Assembly (NCBI GenBank): GCA_034669905.1
Contig: JAXMOL010000001.1
Span: 32,001-96,000, forward strand
Reading direction: 5' to 3'
Length of the DNA stretch: 64,000 nucleotides
Source of the DNA: Candidatus Hydrogenedentota bacterium
Lineage (GTDB): Bacteria; Hydrogenedentota; Hydrogenedentia; Hydrogenedentales; JAEUWI01
Below, piece after piece: positions 1-10,905 of this stretch. The notes below the pieces were generated by a model. The model was not told where the DNA came from and searched no databases. It saw nothing but the letters and a program-made list of their open reading frames with translations. Numbering within the stretch: position 1 is the first letter of the stretch; each line of letters starts with the position of its first letter. The position numbers and the translations under genes are program-made.

Positions 1-624
1 GCAGGCGTTGTCGATAATCAGTTCTTCGTACTCGATTTCCGGTGCCACCTCTTCATGGATGCGGCGCACACAATCGAGGAAAAGCCCATCGGATTTCTTC
101 ATGATATTGGCCTTGTGGAAGACCGTCACTTTTTTCCGGTTGCGTTCCTGGCAATACTTGAAGGCCGCCCGGGCAATACGCTCACTCGCCGCGCGGGTCA
201 CCACCTTGAGACTGGTAACCACCCCGTCGGAAATCTCATTCTCCAGGCCGGAGTACAGGCCTTCGGTATTTTCCCGGAAGATCACAATATCCACGTTGTC
301 GTAGCGGGTCTTAATGCCCGGCAGATTGCGCACGGGGCGAATGGCGCAATAGAGATTGGCCCGTTTCCGCAGCTGGACATTGACGCTCTTGAAGCCCTTG
401 CCGATAGGGGTGGTCACCGGGCCTTTCAGCGCGATCTTGTACTCTTCGATGTGGTCCAGGGTGTGGGCGGGAAGGGTTTTGCCATATTTCTTGACCGCGC
501 CCGCACCTGCAGGCAGGCTGATCCAGCTGATATCGACACCCGTCGCGGCGATGACGCGCTGGGTTGCTTCCGTTACTTCGGGACCGATTCCATCCCCTTT
601 GATAACACATACGGTGTGGGCCAT
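1..624 (-). CDS. Isocitrate/isopropylmalate dehydrogenase family protein, NAD-dependent IDH-like (3' end runs off the window)
   Basis: Not in the ORF track; translated by hand from ATG at 624: MAHTVCVIKGDGIGPEV...LKGPVTTPIGKGFKSVNVQLRK...FRENTEGLYSG...VFHKANIMKKSDGLF...IIDNAC. These are the standard family motifs. GAGGAG RBS lies just upstream. Confidence 0.9.
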   Translation of the reverse strand, partial: MAHTVCVIKGDGIGPEVTEATQRVIAATGVDISWISLPAGAGAVKKYGKTLPAHTLDHIEEYKIALKGPVTTPIGKGFKSVNVQLRKRANLYCAIRPVRNLPGIKTRYDNVDIVIFRENTEGLYSGLENEISDGVVTSLKVVTRAASERIARAAFKYCQERNRKKVTVFHKANIMKKSDGLFLDCVRRIHEEVAPEIEYEELIIDNAC

Positions 625-789
625 TTGACTACTCCTCTTGCTTGTATTGGCGACGTGGATAAACACAGGGGTTCATGGGTGCACGACGCCCCGTGCTCGA
701 AATTACTATACGTCGTCCACACAACTATGGACACGCAGCCCGACGCGTAATGATATCACGGGAAAGCAACCCGATGCATGAGGAATGCA

Positions 790-2094
790 CTAGGCGAAGA
801 GGGCCCGGATGGGTACCCCACCATCTGTAATGGGTACGGGACGGTCGCCATCATAGAGGTTTTTGGTGTAATCGATGCCCGTGGCCGCGAAAATCGTCGC
901 AAAAAAATCGGGCACGCTGACCGGGTCCGACACGATTTTCCGGGACCGTTCGTCCGTCTGGCCGTAGGCACCACAGTGTTTCAGTCCACCACCGGCCAGG
1001 ACGCAGGAGAAGGTGGTACCCTGGTGGGCGCGTCCACCCCGGGCATCAAAGGAAGAGGGCCGACCAAACTCGGAGGTAATGACAATGAGGGTCTTATCGA
1101 GCAACTGGTGGGCTTCCAAGTCGGCAATGAGGGTCGCTACGGCCGTATCCATTTCCTGAATGAGCTTGTGCTGATTCTGGATGCCTTCGAAGTGCACATC
1201 CCACCCGGCGCCATTCAGGAAGTTGAGGTTGTGGGACACCTCGATAAAACGTACGCCCTTCTGGACCAGGCGTCGGCTCAAGAGACAACGCTGCCCAAAT
1301 TCGCCACCATAGGCCATCCGTAAATCGGCGGGTTCTTCGGCCAGTTGGAACACCTGATTGAATTCCGGGCCGCTCAACTTGAGGCTCTGGGCAATGGCCG
1401 ACTCGTAATCCGCCAATCGGGGATCGGTCGGGCCACCGGGCGTACCCAGGGACGAAAGTAAGGCCTCCCGACGGGCCTGGCGGACATCCGTAATCCCATC
1501 GGGACGGGACAAACCGGCTGGGCCCTGGCTCGTATCCGTGAGATAGAGGTAGCCGTCACGGGCCCCCAGGAAACCGGGACCCCGGGTGACGTTGGGGTAG
1601 CCAATCAGCACATAAGGCGGTGCACCTTCCGCTGCGGCACCCAACTCGTGGGCCACCAGCGAACCCAGGGAGGGATAGGTGACGGTGCCGCTGATGGGAC
1701 GTCCCGTGTGCATGCGGTTGGTGGCGGCCGCATGTTCATCAATGACTTCATGGTGCACGGTCCGCACCGCCGTCACGCGATCCATGAGGGGTGCGAGGGT
1801 CTTAAGGTGCTCACAGACCTGAACACCCGGCACGGCCGTATCAATGGATTCGTAAAGAGAGCCCGCCACGTTCTTGACCGGATCGCCCTTCGGCATGGGG
1901 TCAAAGGTATCGACCTGTCCCATACCACCCCCCAGCCAGATGGAAATGACGTGCTCCGCCTTCCCTTTGAGCAGGGGCGTGGATTCCGCCGCACCAATAC
2001 GGGGCACGGCGAAACCGGCAGCCAGGGCCGCGCTGGCGGCGAGATACTCGCGACGAGATAACTTGTTGTCCATATGCTTCATTTCAACGTCCAA
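790..2094 (-). CDS. DUF1501 domain protein with Tat signal peptide
   Basis: LSRREYL Tat-like motif; [46 protein letters not shown] and LAGGG motifs; directly downstream of the DUF1553 genes, the usual pairing. Confidence 0.88.
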   Translation of the reverse strand: MDVEMKHMDNKLSRREYLAASAALAAGFAVPRIGAAESTPLLKGKAEHVISIWLGGGMGQVDTFDPMPKGDPVKNVAGSLYESIDTAVPGVQVCEHLKTLAPLMDRVTAVRTVHHEVIDEHAAATNRMHTGRPISGTVTYPSLGSLVAHELGAAAEGAPPYVLIGYPNVTRGPGFLGARDGYLYLTDTSQGPAGLSRPDGITDVRQARREALLSSLGTPGGPTDPRLADYESAIAQSLKLSGPEFNQVFQLAEEPADLRMAYGGEFGQRCLLSRRLVQKGVRFIEVSHNLNFLNGAGWDVHFEGIQNQHKLIQEMDTAVATLIADLEAHQLLDKTLIVITSEFGRPSSFDARGGRAHQGTTFSCVLAGGGLKHCGAYGQTDERSRKIVSDPVSVPDFFATIFAATGIDYTKNLYDGDRPVPITDGGVPIRALFA

Positions 2095-2112
2095 TCATTT
2101 TCGTACAGGATA

Positions 2113-5100
2113 TCACGGCAGCCACACAAATTCACGGTGGTTAATGAGACTCCAAATCACATCTTCATAGGCTTCACGCCATGCCGCATTCAGCCGTCGG
2201 TCGCCGGGCGGGCCCTGTCGCAGCCTCCGAGCCCGTTCAATTTGTATATCGCCTGCCTCCACATTCAAATTATTGAACCACGTCGTACGGGGCAGGGGCG
2301 GCAAAACCGGGGGCGGCACGATTTCTTCCGCAGGAAGGAGGCGCTGCTCAAAGCCTTCCTCAAGCACCGGGAGAAAAGCGTCCGATTCTTCCGCAAGGGG
2401 GAATCGCCCCAGGATCCGTGCGAATAGCGATTCCAGGAGGGCCTCCGGCGACGTCGCGTCCACCGCCAACTGGGCCAGGGCACTCCCATCGGCCGCGCGG
2501 GTCAACTGAATGGAAAGGGTCCCATTGGCGAGAATACCCGGCTGAAGCACGTTGGGGTCGGTTTCCCGGTGCGTAATAGGTTTCTGCCGGGAACCCGTCC
2601 ATCCGAAGGCCTGGAGCACGTCGACGATCGCCTGGGCCCGGGGCAGGCTGAGGCCAGGTCGGTCGCGCTCGTTGGAGAGACTGGCAAACATCCACGCGCG
2701 GTGGGGTTGACCCAGGTCCTGTCGATTGTCCACAGGCTGACGGCCATCGTGGACAAAGGTCAGGCGATCCGCTTCCATCGGCACCTCGGTGACCGCGTGG
2801 AGGGAATCCACCACCTGCTCCGCGCTGAGCCGTCGGCGCTCGGGACCATTAAAGAGCCGAAGGCGCGGCTCGGCGTCCTGATTTTTGCCCACCGCCGCCC
2901 GCTGGTAGGTATCGGAGGTGAGAATCAGCCACATGACATGGCGCACATCATAGTCGTGGCGGATGAACTCCCGGGCCAGCCAGGTCAGCAATTCAGGATG
3001 GCTCGCTTCGTGGCCTTCCCAGTCATGAACGGGCTCGACAATCCCGACGCCGAGGTAACGCTTCCAGATGCGATTGACAATCACCTGGGCGAAACGCTCA
3101 TTCTGCGGGGCCGTTATGAGGGCCGCCAGTTTTTCCCGGGTATCGGCCGTGTCCTGCATGAGCGTCGCAAGGGGGACATCATCGTCCGGATTTACAAACT
3201 GTGGAAACGGCCACTCGGGCGCAATTTTTTCACCGGGCTTCAAGGTAACGCGAATCAGAGGCTTGCGGTCCAGATCGGCGAAAAAGGCCGCCGGTACGGT
3301 GCTGGATTCCGGGGTCACCACACGCTTGCGGTCGAGCATGGCGGCCAGGGAAAAGAGATCCCGTTGGGTCGCGCTATGATAGGGTGCGTCGTGGCAACGG
3401 GCACACTGCATTTCCACCCCCAGAAACGCCGAAGCGATAATGTGCCCCTTCGCCGCCATGGGTGCGTCATTCTCTGCCGCCAGGGCAAAGCCCGCGCTCC
3501 CGCCGCGGTTGCGGTCCCCGCGCATGAGGATAAGTTCGGTCACCAGGCGATCCAGCGGCAGGTTATCCCGCAGCGCGTCGTAGAGAAACCAGCGAAAGGG
3601 GCCGGTGCTGTTGAGCGACGGGTTCGCGAGGGTGGGATTTTCGGCGAGCATATCCAGCCAGAAATCCATCCAGGCGTCGGCTACACGTTCGTCACGGAGC
3701 AGCCCTTCAATAACGCGAAACCGTTTGTAGGGACTGGGGTCGGCGAGGAAGGTCCGCAAGGCCTCTTCCGTCGGGGGCACGCCCACCGTATCCAGGTATA
3801 CCCGCCGCAGGAAAGCCCCATCGTCCAATAGGGGCGGCAGGGTGGTATTCTCGGCGACATTGGGGGGCAGGGGCCAGGCGGCACCACCCGCAATCCAGGC
3901 CCGGAGGGCTTCCACCGCCTCCGCAGGGAGCGCCTTGCCGGTCGGTGGCATACGAAGGTCCTCGTCCGCGGTCTGGATGCGGGTCAGGAGCGCACTCGCC
4001 TCGGGATTGCCCGGGACGACTGCGGGCATTTCCGAATCACCCGATTGCAGGATCGACGCCCGACTGTCCAGCCGAATGCCGCCCTTTTCTTTTTCTCCAT
4101 GGCAGCGAAAGCAGGCGTCTCGCAGCACGGGCAACACCGTTTCATGGAAGCTCCGGGCCGCCTCGGGGTTGGCCCCCGATGCCCCTGCACGTAAGCGGTC
4201 TATCTTCGCCAGGATAAAGGCGTCGATGGGATGGGCAGTGGCGGCACTATTGCCCACCGGCGGTGCAGGCCCTGGGTGAGCCTGTGCCCATTCCCGCGCC
4301 ACGTCATGACGTTTTTTCCAAAAATCACCGTGGGAGGAGGCCATGGCCCGCCGGGTGTTGTCATCGTATTCCTGCAGGGATTCCTCCATTTTCGTGAGGA
4401 TCGGTAACACCGTCTGGTCGGTCAGGGGGATAGGCGCGCTATCGGCCAGCGCGGGCACGAGGACGTTGTAGGAATCTCCCTCTTCCGTCTCGATGGCCAC
4501 GTTTATCTCGCCCGATTCCATCTTGAAACCGGCGCCCCCCACGAGCACTTCCAACACCACCCGGCTCCTGGAAGGCCCCGTTGCCTGATCCGTCGCCAGG
4601 GTCACCTGCCCGAAGACTTCCTGCATCCGGTGCCCATGGACCCGTAAGCCCGGGTGGGGCGGCGTGGCCAGGGGCGTGATAGCCTGCTGTCCGTCGGTTT
4701 TCAGACGGGGCGCGGGCTCGGTACGGGCGACAACTTCTCCATCAACCCAAAGACGACTCAAGCCTCGCGCACGAAGGAGTATCCTGGAGCTTCCCGGGGG
4801 TAAGTCCACATCCGCGACCATTCGGAGGAGCATCGTATCGGTCCAACGGGAGCGGGACCCGGAATCGTCGTAGCGTACGGGAATTCGGGGCAGTAGAAAA
4901 GCGTCTCCCATCCAACGGGCCGTCTCTTCTGGCCAGTACTCCCCCTGCTGCAGCCAACGCTTGGGGCTCGGCATACCTTCCGAAAAGGTCACCAGCACGC
5001 GCCCCGGTGGCACATCGTCGATGACCGGCATCACTTCGGGCATGGGCTCCTGGGTACGCGGGCCACCCGCCCGATTAAATCGCTGAGCCATTTCCGCATC

Positions 5101-5913
5101 TGGCACGAGCCGACGGTGAATCGCCACGCCATCGAGGTATCCCCGGAAGCTGTTGGTGGGATTACCCCCGAGGGCCGAGCCTATCCATACTTCATCATCA
5201 TCCTGCACGGGCGGCCGGGTGGTCTTCCCGCCCCGGTCCCAGATTCCGGTCGTGGGCTGGCCGTCTATCCAGCCGCGCATCGTTTCCGGGTCGCCGAAGT
5301 GATAGGCCATGGCAATGTGGTGCCACCCCAGTTCCACATCCAGGGTCTCTTTCGAGGTCCACCGGTGGAACTGATACGCCCCGCTATCTGCGGTCGTGGC
5401 AAAAATAATGCTCAGGACAGCCAGGCCATCCCCAACACCCACGATCCGCAGGGACCAGTTTTGATTATTCTTGGGAAACTCGGGGGACCCGGTGCGGCCT
5501 TTTCCCACGACGTACATGGGCTGGCCTTTACCAATCCGATCCACCTTGATCCACGCCTCGAGGGTAATGGCGTCGCCATTGCCAAAATCATAGGGACTGT
5601 TCTCTCCAGGATCGGCCAACGAGAAATAGCTTCCCCTGCCGTCCAGGTGGACCGCCGTATTATCCGGGTCCAAATCGGGAAACTCCGGTGCCGAGGGACC
5701 CGCCAAATCCCGTCGGATATTTCCGTGGGACTTCAGACCCGTCATTTCCTCCGTACCGAATTCCCAACGGGCCGCAAGCGTTTTCTCCTCCGCCCACCCG
5801 TCGCCCAGCACCGATGCTCCCAACAACAGCAGCGGGAGGGTGTGGCGCCACACGGGGCGTTCCCCCCGCCATCGATTGATGTGCCGCGCCTCGCCAGAGG
5901 GTCTTGTCACCAT
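2113..5913 (-). CDS. LamG-like + planctomycete cytochrome c (PSCyt1) + DUF1549/DUF1553 protein, paralog 2
   Basis: ITLEAWI...WHHIA LamG-like segment; CFRCH and CARCH heme-binding motifs; FLRRVYLDTVGVPPT, VNRIWKRYLGVGIVEP, SHPELLTWLA, RRLSAEQVVDS; ends WSLINHREF. Exact start uncertain. Confidence 0.87.
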   Translation of the reverse strand: MVTRPSGEARHINRWRGERPVWRHTLPLLLLGASVLGDGWAEEKTLAARWEFGTEEMTGLKSHGNIRRDLAGPSAPEFPDLDPDNTAVHLDGRGSYFSLADPGENSPYDFGNGDAITLEAWIKVDRIGKGQPMYVVGKGRTGSPEFPKNNQNWSLRIVGVGDGLAVLSIIFATTADSGAYQFHRWTSKETLDVELGWHHIAMAYHFGDPETMRGWIDGQPTTGIWDRGGKTTRPPVQDDDEVWIGSALGGNPTNSFRGYLDGVAIHRRLVPDAEMAQRFNRAGGPRTQEPMPEVMPVIDDVPPGRVLVTFSEGMPSPKRWLQQGEYWPEETARWMGDAFLLPRIPVRYDDSGSRSRWTDTMLLRMVADVDLPPGSSRILLRARGLSRLWVDGEVVARTEPAPRLKTDGQQAITPLATPPHPGLRVHGHRMQEVFGQVTLATDQATGPSRSRVVLEVLVGGAGFKMESGEINVAIETEEGDSYNVLVPALADSAPIPLTDQTVLPILTKMEESLQEYDDNTRRAMASSHGDFWKKRHDVAREWAQAHPGPAPPVGNSAATAHPIDAFILAKIDRLRAGASGANPEAARSFHETVLPVLRDACFRCHGEKEKGGIRLDSRASILQSGDSEMPAVVPGNPEASALLTRIQTADEDLRMPPTGKALPAEAVEALRAWIAGGAAWPLPPNVAENTTLPPLLDDGAFLRRVYLDTVGVPPTEEALRTFLADPSPYKRFRVIEGLLRDERVADAWMDFWLDMLAENPTLANPSLNSTGPFRWFLYDALRDNLPLDRLVTELILMRGDRNRGGSAGFALAAENDAPMAAKGHIIASAFLGVEMQCARCHDAPYHSATQRDLFSLAAMLDRKRVVTPESSTVPAAFFADLDRKPLIRVTLKPGEKIAPEWPFPQFVNPDDDVPLATLMQDTADTREKLAALITAPQNERFAQVIVNRIWKRYLGVGIVEPVHDWEGHEASHPELLTWLAREFIRHDYDVRHVMWLILTSDTYQRAAVGKNQDAEPRLRLFNGPERRRLSAEQVVDSLHAVTEVPMEADRLTFVHDGRQPVDNRQDLGQPHRAWMFASLSNERDRPGLSLPRAQAIVDVLQAFGWTGSRQKPITHRETDPNVLQPGILANGTLSIQLTRAADGSALAQLAVDATSPEALLESLFARILGRFPLAEESDAFLPVLEEGFEQRLLPAEEIVPPPVLPPLPRTTWFNNLNVEAGDIQIERARRLRQGPPGDRRLNAAWREAYEDVIWSLINHREFVWLP

Positions 5914-5968
5914 CGTTGCTCCCTTTAGTCTTCGCTCATTCCCGCCCCCGACGGGGCGCCGCTTGCCC

Positions 5969-8900
5969 TCAGGACACCCAGACGAATTCCCGGTGGTTCA
6001 CCAGACTCCAGACGAGATCTTCATAGCGCTCACGCCAATCGGGTTCCAGCCGTGGATCGGCGGGAGGTCCGCGGCGAACCCGTTGCTCGATTTGCTGCTG
6101 TATGGTATTTGCGTCGGACTGGAGGTGGTTGAACCAGGTCACGAGCGGCAGGGGCTCTTCCTTGGGCAGGGCAGGGCGTGCCTCGGCGGGCACGATGCGC
6201 TCTACAAAACCGGCGGCAATGGTCTCCGCAAAGACCGCCCGCTCAGCCTCGTGGGGCAGGCGCCCGAGAAAGCGTAAGAACAGGGTATCTACCAGGCCTT
6301 CCGGTGCCGTCGCTTCCACCGCCAGATCAGCCAGGGTACTACCGGCCGCCGCACGGGTGAGTGAGAGCGACAGGGTGCCATTGGCCAGGATGCCCGGCTG
6401 CAACACGTTGGGTTCCGTCTCCCGATGGGTCACGGGCTGCTGCCGCGAGCCGGTCCACCCGAAGGCTTCCAGCACATCGGATACGGCCTGGGCCCGTGGC
6501 AGGGTCAGGCTGGGTCGGTCCCGCTCATTGGCCAGGCTGGCAAACATCCAGGCCCGGTAGGGCGTTCCGAGGGTCAACCGGTTACTTACCGGGCGTCGGC
6601 CATCGTGCACGAAGGTGAGCTCTTCCACATCCATGGTGGTACCGGTGGCCGCGAAGAGGGAGTCTACCACCTGCTCCGCCGTGAGACGGCGGGGTTCGGG
6701 CGCGTTAAAGAAGCGCTGCTCGGGGGTGGCGTCCAGGTTCTTCCCGATGGCTTCCCGCTGGTAGGCATCAGAGGTCATGATCAGCCGCATGATGTGGCGC
6801 AAGTCGTAATCGTGGGCGACGAACTCCCGGGCAAGCCATTGGAGCAGTTCCGGGTGGCTGGCGGGGTGTCCCTCCCAGTCGTGCACCGGCTCCACGATGC
6901 CTGCGCCCATAAGCCGTTTCCACACGCGGTTCACCATTACTTCAGCGAAGCGCTCGTTCTGCGGGGCCGTGATAAGGGTGGCCAGGCGCTCCCGGGCATC
7001 CTCCGGCGTTTCCATAAGGGCGTCGATGGCTTCTCCATCGGTGGCCCCCGTAATCTTTTCAAAGGGCCACACCGGCTCCACGGCTTCCCCGGGCTTGAGG
7101 GTTACCCGAATGAGCGGCTCCCGGTCCATGGTGGCAAAAAAGGCCGCCGGCACGGTGCTCGATTTGGGTGCGGATACCGCCTTGCGCGACAGCATGGCCG
7201 CCAGGGAAAAGAGGTCCCGCTGGGTGGAACTGTGATAGGGCGCGTCGTGGCACCGGGCACATTGCATTTCCACACCCAGGAAGGCCGAGGCCAGGATATG
7301 TCCCTTGGCCGCCATGGGGGCATCATTCTCCGCGGCCATGGAGAAACCTGCGCTCCCCCCTTCGTGGCGACTTCCCCGCATCAGAATCAGTTCCGTGATC
7401 ATCTGGTCCAGGGGCTTGTTGTCCCGCAGGGCGTCAAGCAGGAACCAGCGGAAGGGGCCCGTGCTGTTCAAAGAGGCGTTGATGATGGTGGGATTCTCCG
7501 CCAGGATATCCATCCAATAGCCCATCCAGTGATGGGCACTGCGCTCATCGGCCACCATGCGATCCACCCAGGTGAAACGCTTGTAGGGATCGGCATCGGC
7601 CAGGAAATCGCGCAACTCGCCTTCCGTGGGCGGCAGGCCCACCGTATCGAGGAAGAGCCGGCGCAGAAAGGCGGCATCGGACACGACAGGAGCCAATGCG
7701 GTGTCGGCGGCGGCATCGGGCGAGGCGGGCCAGGGTGCGCCATCCGTTACCCAGGCCTCCAGGGCCGCCACCTGCTCCGGGGGTAACCCGGTACCCGTGG
7801 GCGGCATCCGCACGTCTTCATCGGTACTCCGGATCCGGTTGATCAGTTCACTCGCCACCAGATCACCGGGAACAACAGCGGGTATCTCTGAGTCGCCTGC
7901 TCCCAGGACCCCATCCCGACTATTGAGCCGGAGGCCACCTTTTTCTTTTTCCCCATGGCAGCGGAAGCACCCTTCCTGAAGGATGGGTAGTACCGTCGTG
8001 TGAAAATGGCGTGCACGCTCCAGATTATCGCCCGATGCGGCTTCCTGGGCCACGGCGATTTTGCGCAGTAAGAAGGCGTCCACGGGGTGGGCCGTCGCGG
8101 CGCTGGCGCCTACCGGGGCGGGCGGTGCGGGTTGCTCCGCCACCCAATTCCGGGCGAAGTCGTGGCGTTCTTGCCAGTGGGCGGTCCGGCTGGCGGCGGC
8201 GGCCTGGCGGTTGGCATCATCGAATTGGCCCAGGGAACGTTCCGCCCGGGCGAGTACGGGCGCAACGGCGTTGTCGGTCAGGGGCAGGGCGGCATCGCTC
8301 CCGTGCGCCTGCAACACGTCAAAGGATTGGCCATCGGGCGTTTCCACGGCGACCAGGGTTTCGCCCGATTCGGTGCGGATATTCTTGCCGCCCACCACGG
8401 TCTCAAACACGACACGATGCACGGCAGGCCCGTCTTCCGGGAAGGTCACTTCGCCGAAAACTTCCTGCAGGCGGTAGCCCGGCACGCGAAGGCCCGGGTG
8501 GGGCGGCACGGCGAGGGGCGTGACAGGCTCCTCCCCATTGGGGGGCTGCTTCGTCATGGCCTCAGTACGGGCGATGATTTCGCCATCGACCCAGAGACGG
8601 CCCAGGGCACGGGCCCGCACGAGGAAGCGGTGGGTCCCCGGCGGAAGCGTCACGTCGGCCGCCATGCGCACGAGGACAGGGGCCCGCCAGCTATCCCGGA
8701 TGCCCCACGTGTCGTAACGGAGGGGAATGCGCGGCAGGAGAAAGGCGTCGCCGCTCCAGCGGAGGGTTTCCTCCGGAAAGGCTTCGCCCTCATTGAGCCA
8801 GCGGACGTGGGTAGCCATCCCCTCGGAAAAGGTCATGAGCACCTTCCCCGGCGGTAAGGCATCAAAGACGGGCATGACTTCGGGCAGGGGGCCGATTACC

Positions 8901-9697
8901 CGGGGGCCGCCCACGCGATTAAACTTGGCGACCATGACGGCATCGTCGGGAATCGTGCGATGAATGGCGATGGCGTCCAGGGCACCATGAAAACTGTTGC
9001 CGGGATTGCCTCCCAGCGATGAACCTATCCAGATAGCATCATCGTCCACCACCGGGGCCGCGTGGGTTGCGCCCCCCATATCCCAGGTGCCCCCCGTGGC
9101 CTGCCCGTCGATCCAGCCCCGAATCGAGGCGGGGTCGCCAAAGCGATAGGAAACGGCGATATGGTGCCACCCGGTGACCACGTGAAAACCCGTCTTCGAA
9201 GTCCAGCGGTGCCACTGGCTCCCACCCGCTCCCGGGCCCGACCGAAAGAGAAAGCTCAGTTTCCCGACGCCCCCATCGGCCCCCACCACACGCAGCGCCC
9301 AATTCTGATTGTCTTTGGGAAAGCGGGGATTATTGGTGCGGCCTTTGCCCACCACATACATGGGCTGGCCCGTGCGGATTTCCCCGATGTTTACCCAGGC
9401 CTCCAGGGTAATGGCGTCGCCATTCTTAAAGTCGAAGGGACTGTCTGCACCGGGGTCGTCTACCGCGAGATAGCTGCCCTCCCCATCCAGATACACGGCG
9501 GTGTTATGGGCGGGAAAGTCGGGAAACTCGGGCGCGACGGGTCCCGCCTGATCCCGTTTCACGCCACCATGGGCCGCCAGGGGAGTGGTTTCTTCCGTGC
9601 CAAAATCCCAGCGGGCGGCCAGGGTAGACTCCGCCCCGTGGGTCGTCCCAATCAGGCCCAGGGCCAGTCCCACAACAGCTATTCGTTTCCAACACAT
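5969..9697 (-). CDS. LamG-like + planctomycete cytochrome c (PSCyt1) + DUF1549/DUF1553 protein, paralog 1
   Basis: Signal peptide; co-linear with 2113..5913, sharing CFRCHGEKEKGG, CARCHDAPYHS, SHPELL and RRLTAEQVVDS. Confidence 0.88.
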   Translation of the reverse strand: MCWKRIAVVGLALGLIGTTHGAESTLAARWDFGTEETTPLAAHGGVKRDQAGPVAPEFPDFPAHNTAVYLDGEGSYLAVDDPGADSPFDFKNGDAITLEAWVNIGEIRTGQPMYVVGKGRTNNPRFPKDNQNWALRVVGADGGVGKLSFLFRSGPGAGGSQWHRWTSKTGFHVVTGWHHIAVSYRFGDPASIRGWIDGQATGGTWDMGGATHAAPVVDDDAIWIGSSLGGNPGNSFHGALDAIAIHRTIPDDAVMVAKFNRVGGPRVIGPLPEVMPVFDALPPGKVLMTFSEGMATHVRWLNEGEAFPEETLRWSGDAFLLPRIPLRYDTWGIRDSWRAPVLVRMAADVTLPPGTHRFLVRARALGRLWVDGEIIARTEAMTKQPPNGEEPVTPLAVPPHPGLRVPGYRLQEVFGEVTFPEDGPAVHRVVFETVVGGKNIRTESGETLVAVETPDGQSFDVLQAHGSDAALPLTDNAVAPVLARAERSLGQFDDANRQAAAASRTAHWQERHDFARNWVAEQPAPPAPVGASAATAHPVDAFLLRKIAVAQEAASGDNLERARHFHTTVLPILQEGCFRCHGEKEKGGLRLNSRDGVLGAGDSEIPAVVPGDLVASELINRIRSTDEDVRMPPTGTGLPPEQVAALEAWVTDGAPWPASPDAAADTALAPVVSDAAFLRRLFLDTVGLPPTEGELRDFLADADPYKRFTWVDRMVADERSAHHWMGYWMDILAENPTIINASLNSTGPFRWFLLDALRDNKPLDQMITELILMRGSRHEGGSAGFSMAAENDAPMAAKGHILASAFLGVEMQCARCHDAPYHSSTQRDLFSLAAMLSRKAVSAPKSSTVPAAFFATMDREPLIRVTLKPGEAVEPVWPFEKITGATDGEAIDALMETPEDARERLATLITAPQNERFAEVMVNRVWKRLMGAGIVEPVHDWEGHPASHPELLQWLAREFVAHDYDLRHIMRLIMTSDAYQREAIGKNLDATPEQRFFNAPEPRRLTAEQVVDSLFAATGTTMDVEELTFVHDGRRPVSNRLTLGTPYRAWMFASLANERDRPSLTLPRAQAVSDVLEAFGWTGSRQQPVTHRETEPNVLQPGILANGTLSLSLTRAAAGSTLADLAVEATAPEGLVDTLFLRFLGRLPHEAERAVFAETIAAGFVERIVPAEARPALPKEEPLPLVTWFNHLQSDANTIQQQIEQRVRRGPPADPRLEPDWRERYEDLVWSLVNHREFVWVS

Positions 9698-9884
9698 AGA
9701 CTAAAACACTCCCAGAATTCTCGATAAGGCATCGTCCACCCATCGTGCCGTCGGCAGTGGACGCTCACAGTATCCTGACATTGCTACGGAACGGTATGCA
9801 AGAGCGCGGTGCCATAGCAACGGCACGGGAAGGAAGGCGGAAAGCCTGATTTCGGACCCAATACGCCCATGAAACCCACGGGGA

Positions 9885-9968
9885 CGCCCGAATCTATGGA
9901 CTCGGGGCGCGGGCCCGCCGCTTGTCCTCCACGCACACGAAACCTCGTTGCACCCGGCATCGCGTGGC
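9885..9968. repeat. Dispersed intergenic repeat, copy 1 (copy 2 at 14736..14819)
   Basis: Core 9925..9968 matches 14776..14819 at 38 of 44 nt without gaps; an upstream hairpin sits at the same offset. Confidence 0.7.
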
Positions 9969-10160
9969 ACAGGGCCTCCAATCTGGGGTTGGGTAGACGC
10001 CCCCGTTGTCACAGGACGGCACCCCGATACCCTGCTGGATTCCCGCGCAGGCCAAAAACGGTGACGGGATCTTGACATCGCTGCCGGGGCTTTGCTCCAA
10101 TGGTCGCTCTACTGTCTCGTGGTGTGTCTGCCACAAGTCCTTGCCACACGGAGGTTTTAC

Positions 10161-10742
10161 GTGTCGACCCAACTCACGAAACGTGATCCCTGGCGCTGGC
10201 CGATGATCCTGCTCTGGGGACTCTTTTTCGCCATCGGTCTCTGGCCAGAGTTCAGCTACTCCCTTTTGCGCAGTGCCGGGTATGTCTTTTCACAGAATGC
10301 CATCGTCAATTCCTATCACTTCATTACGTGGTGCCTCACCGGTTTTGTCGTGCACTTTGTGTATCACCGGTGCCTGGAAGCCCGCGTCCCTTCCATCGAA
10401 GCCCTGGGAAAAGCCCTCCAGTTGGGCGTCATGGCCTTTGTGGCCTTCATCGATATTCCCCTGCAGCAGATTCCGGCCATTCGTGACACGACCAGTCTGT
10501 CGCTCGTGCTCGGCATGACCCTGACCAAGCTGCTTTGCTGGCTCTATCTCTATCTACTTTTCGTGCGCTATCACTGGCGTCGCAATCCGAAGATCATCTC
10601 TTTGTCCTTGAATTGGCTCGCCCTCGGCGCCCAGCCTGCTCAAAAGTCGGCCGTGACCGATAGGGAGCCGCCATCGGGAGACCCGGAGCGCCCCTCGGGA
10701 CGGGGAAATTCGCTCAATGAATCGGCGGACCGTCAGGCCTGA
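10161..10742 (+). CDS. Hypothetical membrane protein (about 4 TM segments)
   Basis: ORF 10092..10742; GTG at 10161 follows GGAGG at 10150..10154; four hydrophobic stretches. Confidence 0.7.
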   Translation: MSTQLTKRDPWRWPMILLWGLFFAIGLWPEFSYSLLRSAGYVFSQNAIVNSYHFITWCLTGFVVHFVYHRCLEARVPSIEALGKALQLGVMAFVAFIDIPLQQIPAIRDTTSLSLVLGMTLTKLLCWLYLYLLFVRYHWRRNPKIISLSLNWLALGAQPAQKSAVTDREPPSGDPERPSGRGNSLNESADRQA

Positions 10743-10905
10743 TTCCGCGGGCTGTCAACGAAACGCCACGAATCACGTTACCTAGATGACGGGAACCTTT
10801 CGTGTCCAGGTCAGGTCGGAGGAGGTCTGCCCGGATTGATATGTGGAAATCGGGAACCCCGCGGCGGGTTATGCGCTGTGTGGACCAACCTGTGGAACGC
10901 CGGTA

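Noticed and set aside
8..750. Plus-strand ORFs 8..304 and 55..750
   Set aside because: Shadows of the minus-strand isocitrate dehydrogenase-family gene, which the track missed because its stop lies outside the window.
9825..9850. SRP RNA-like GGAAGGAAG
   Set aside because: Lacks the flanking CAGG...GCAGC helix-8 signature.
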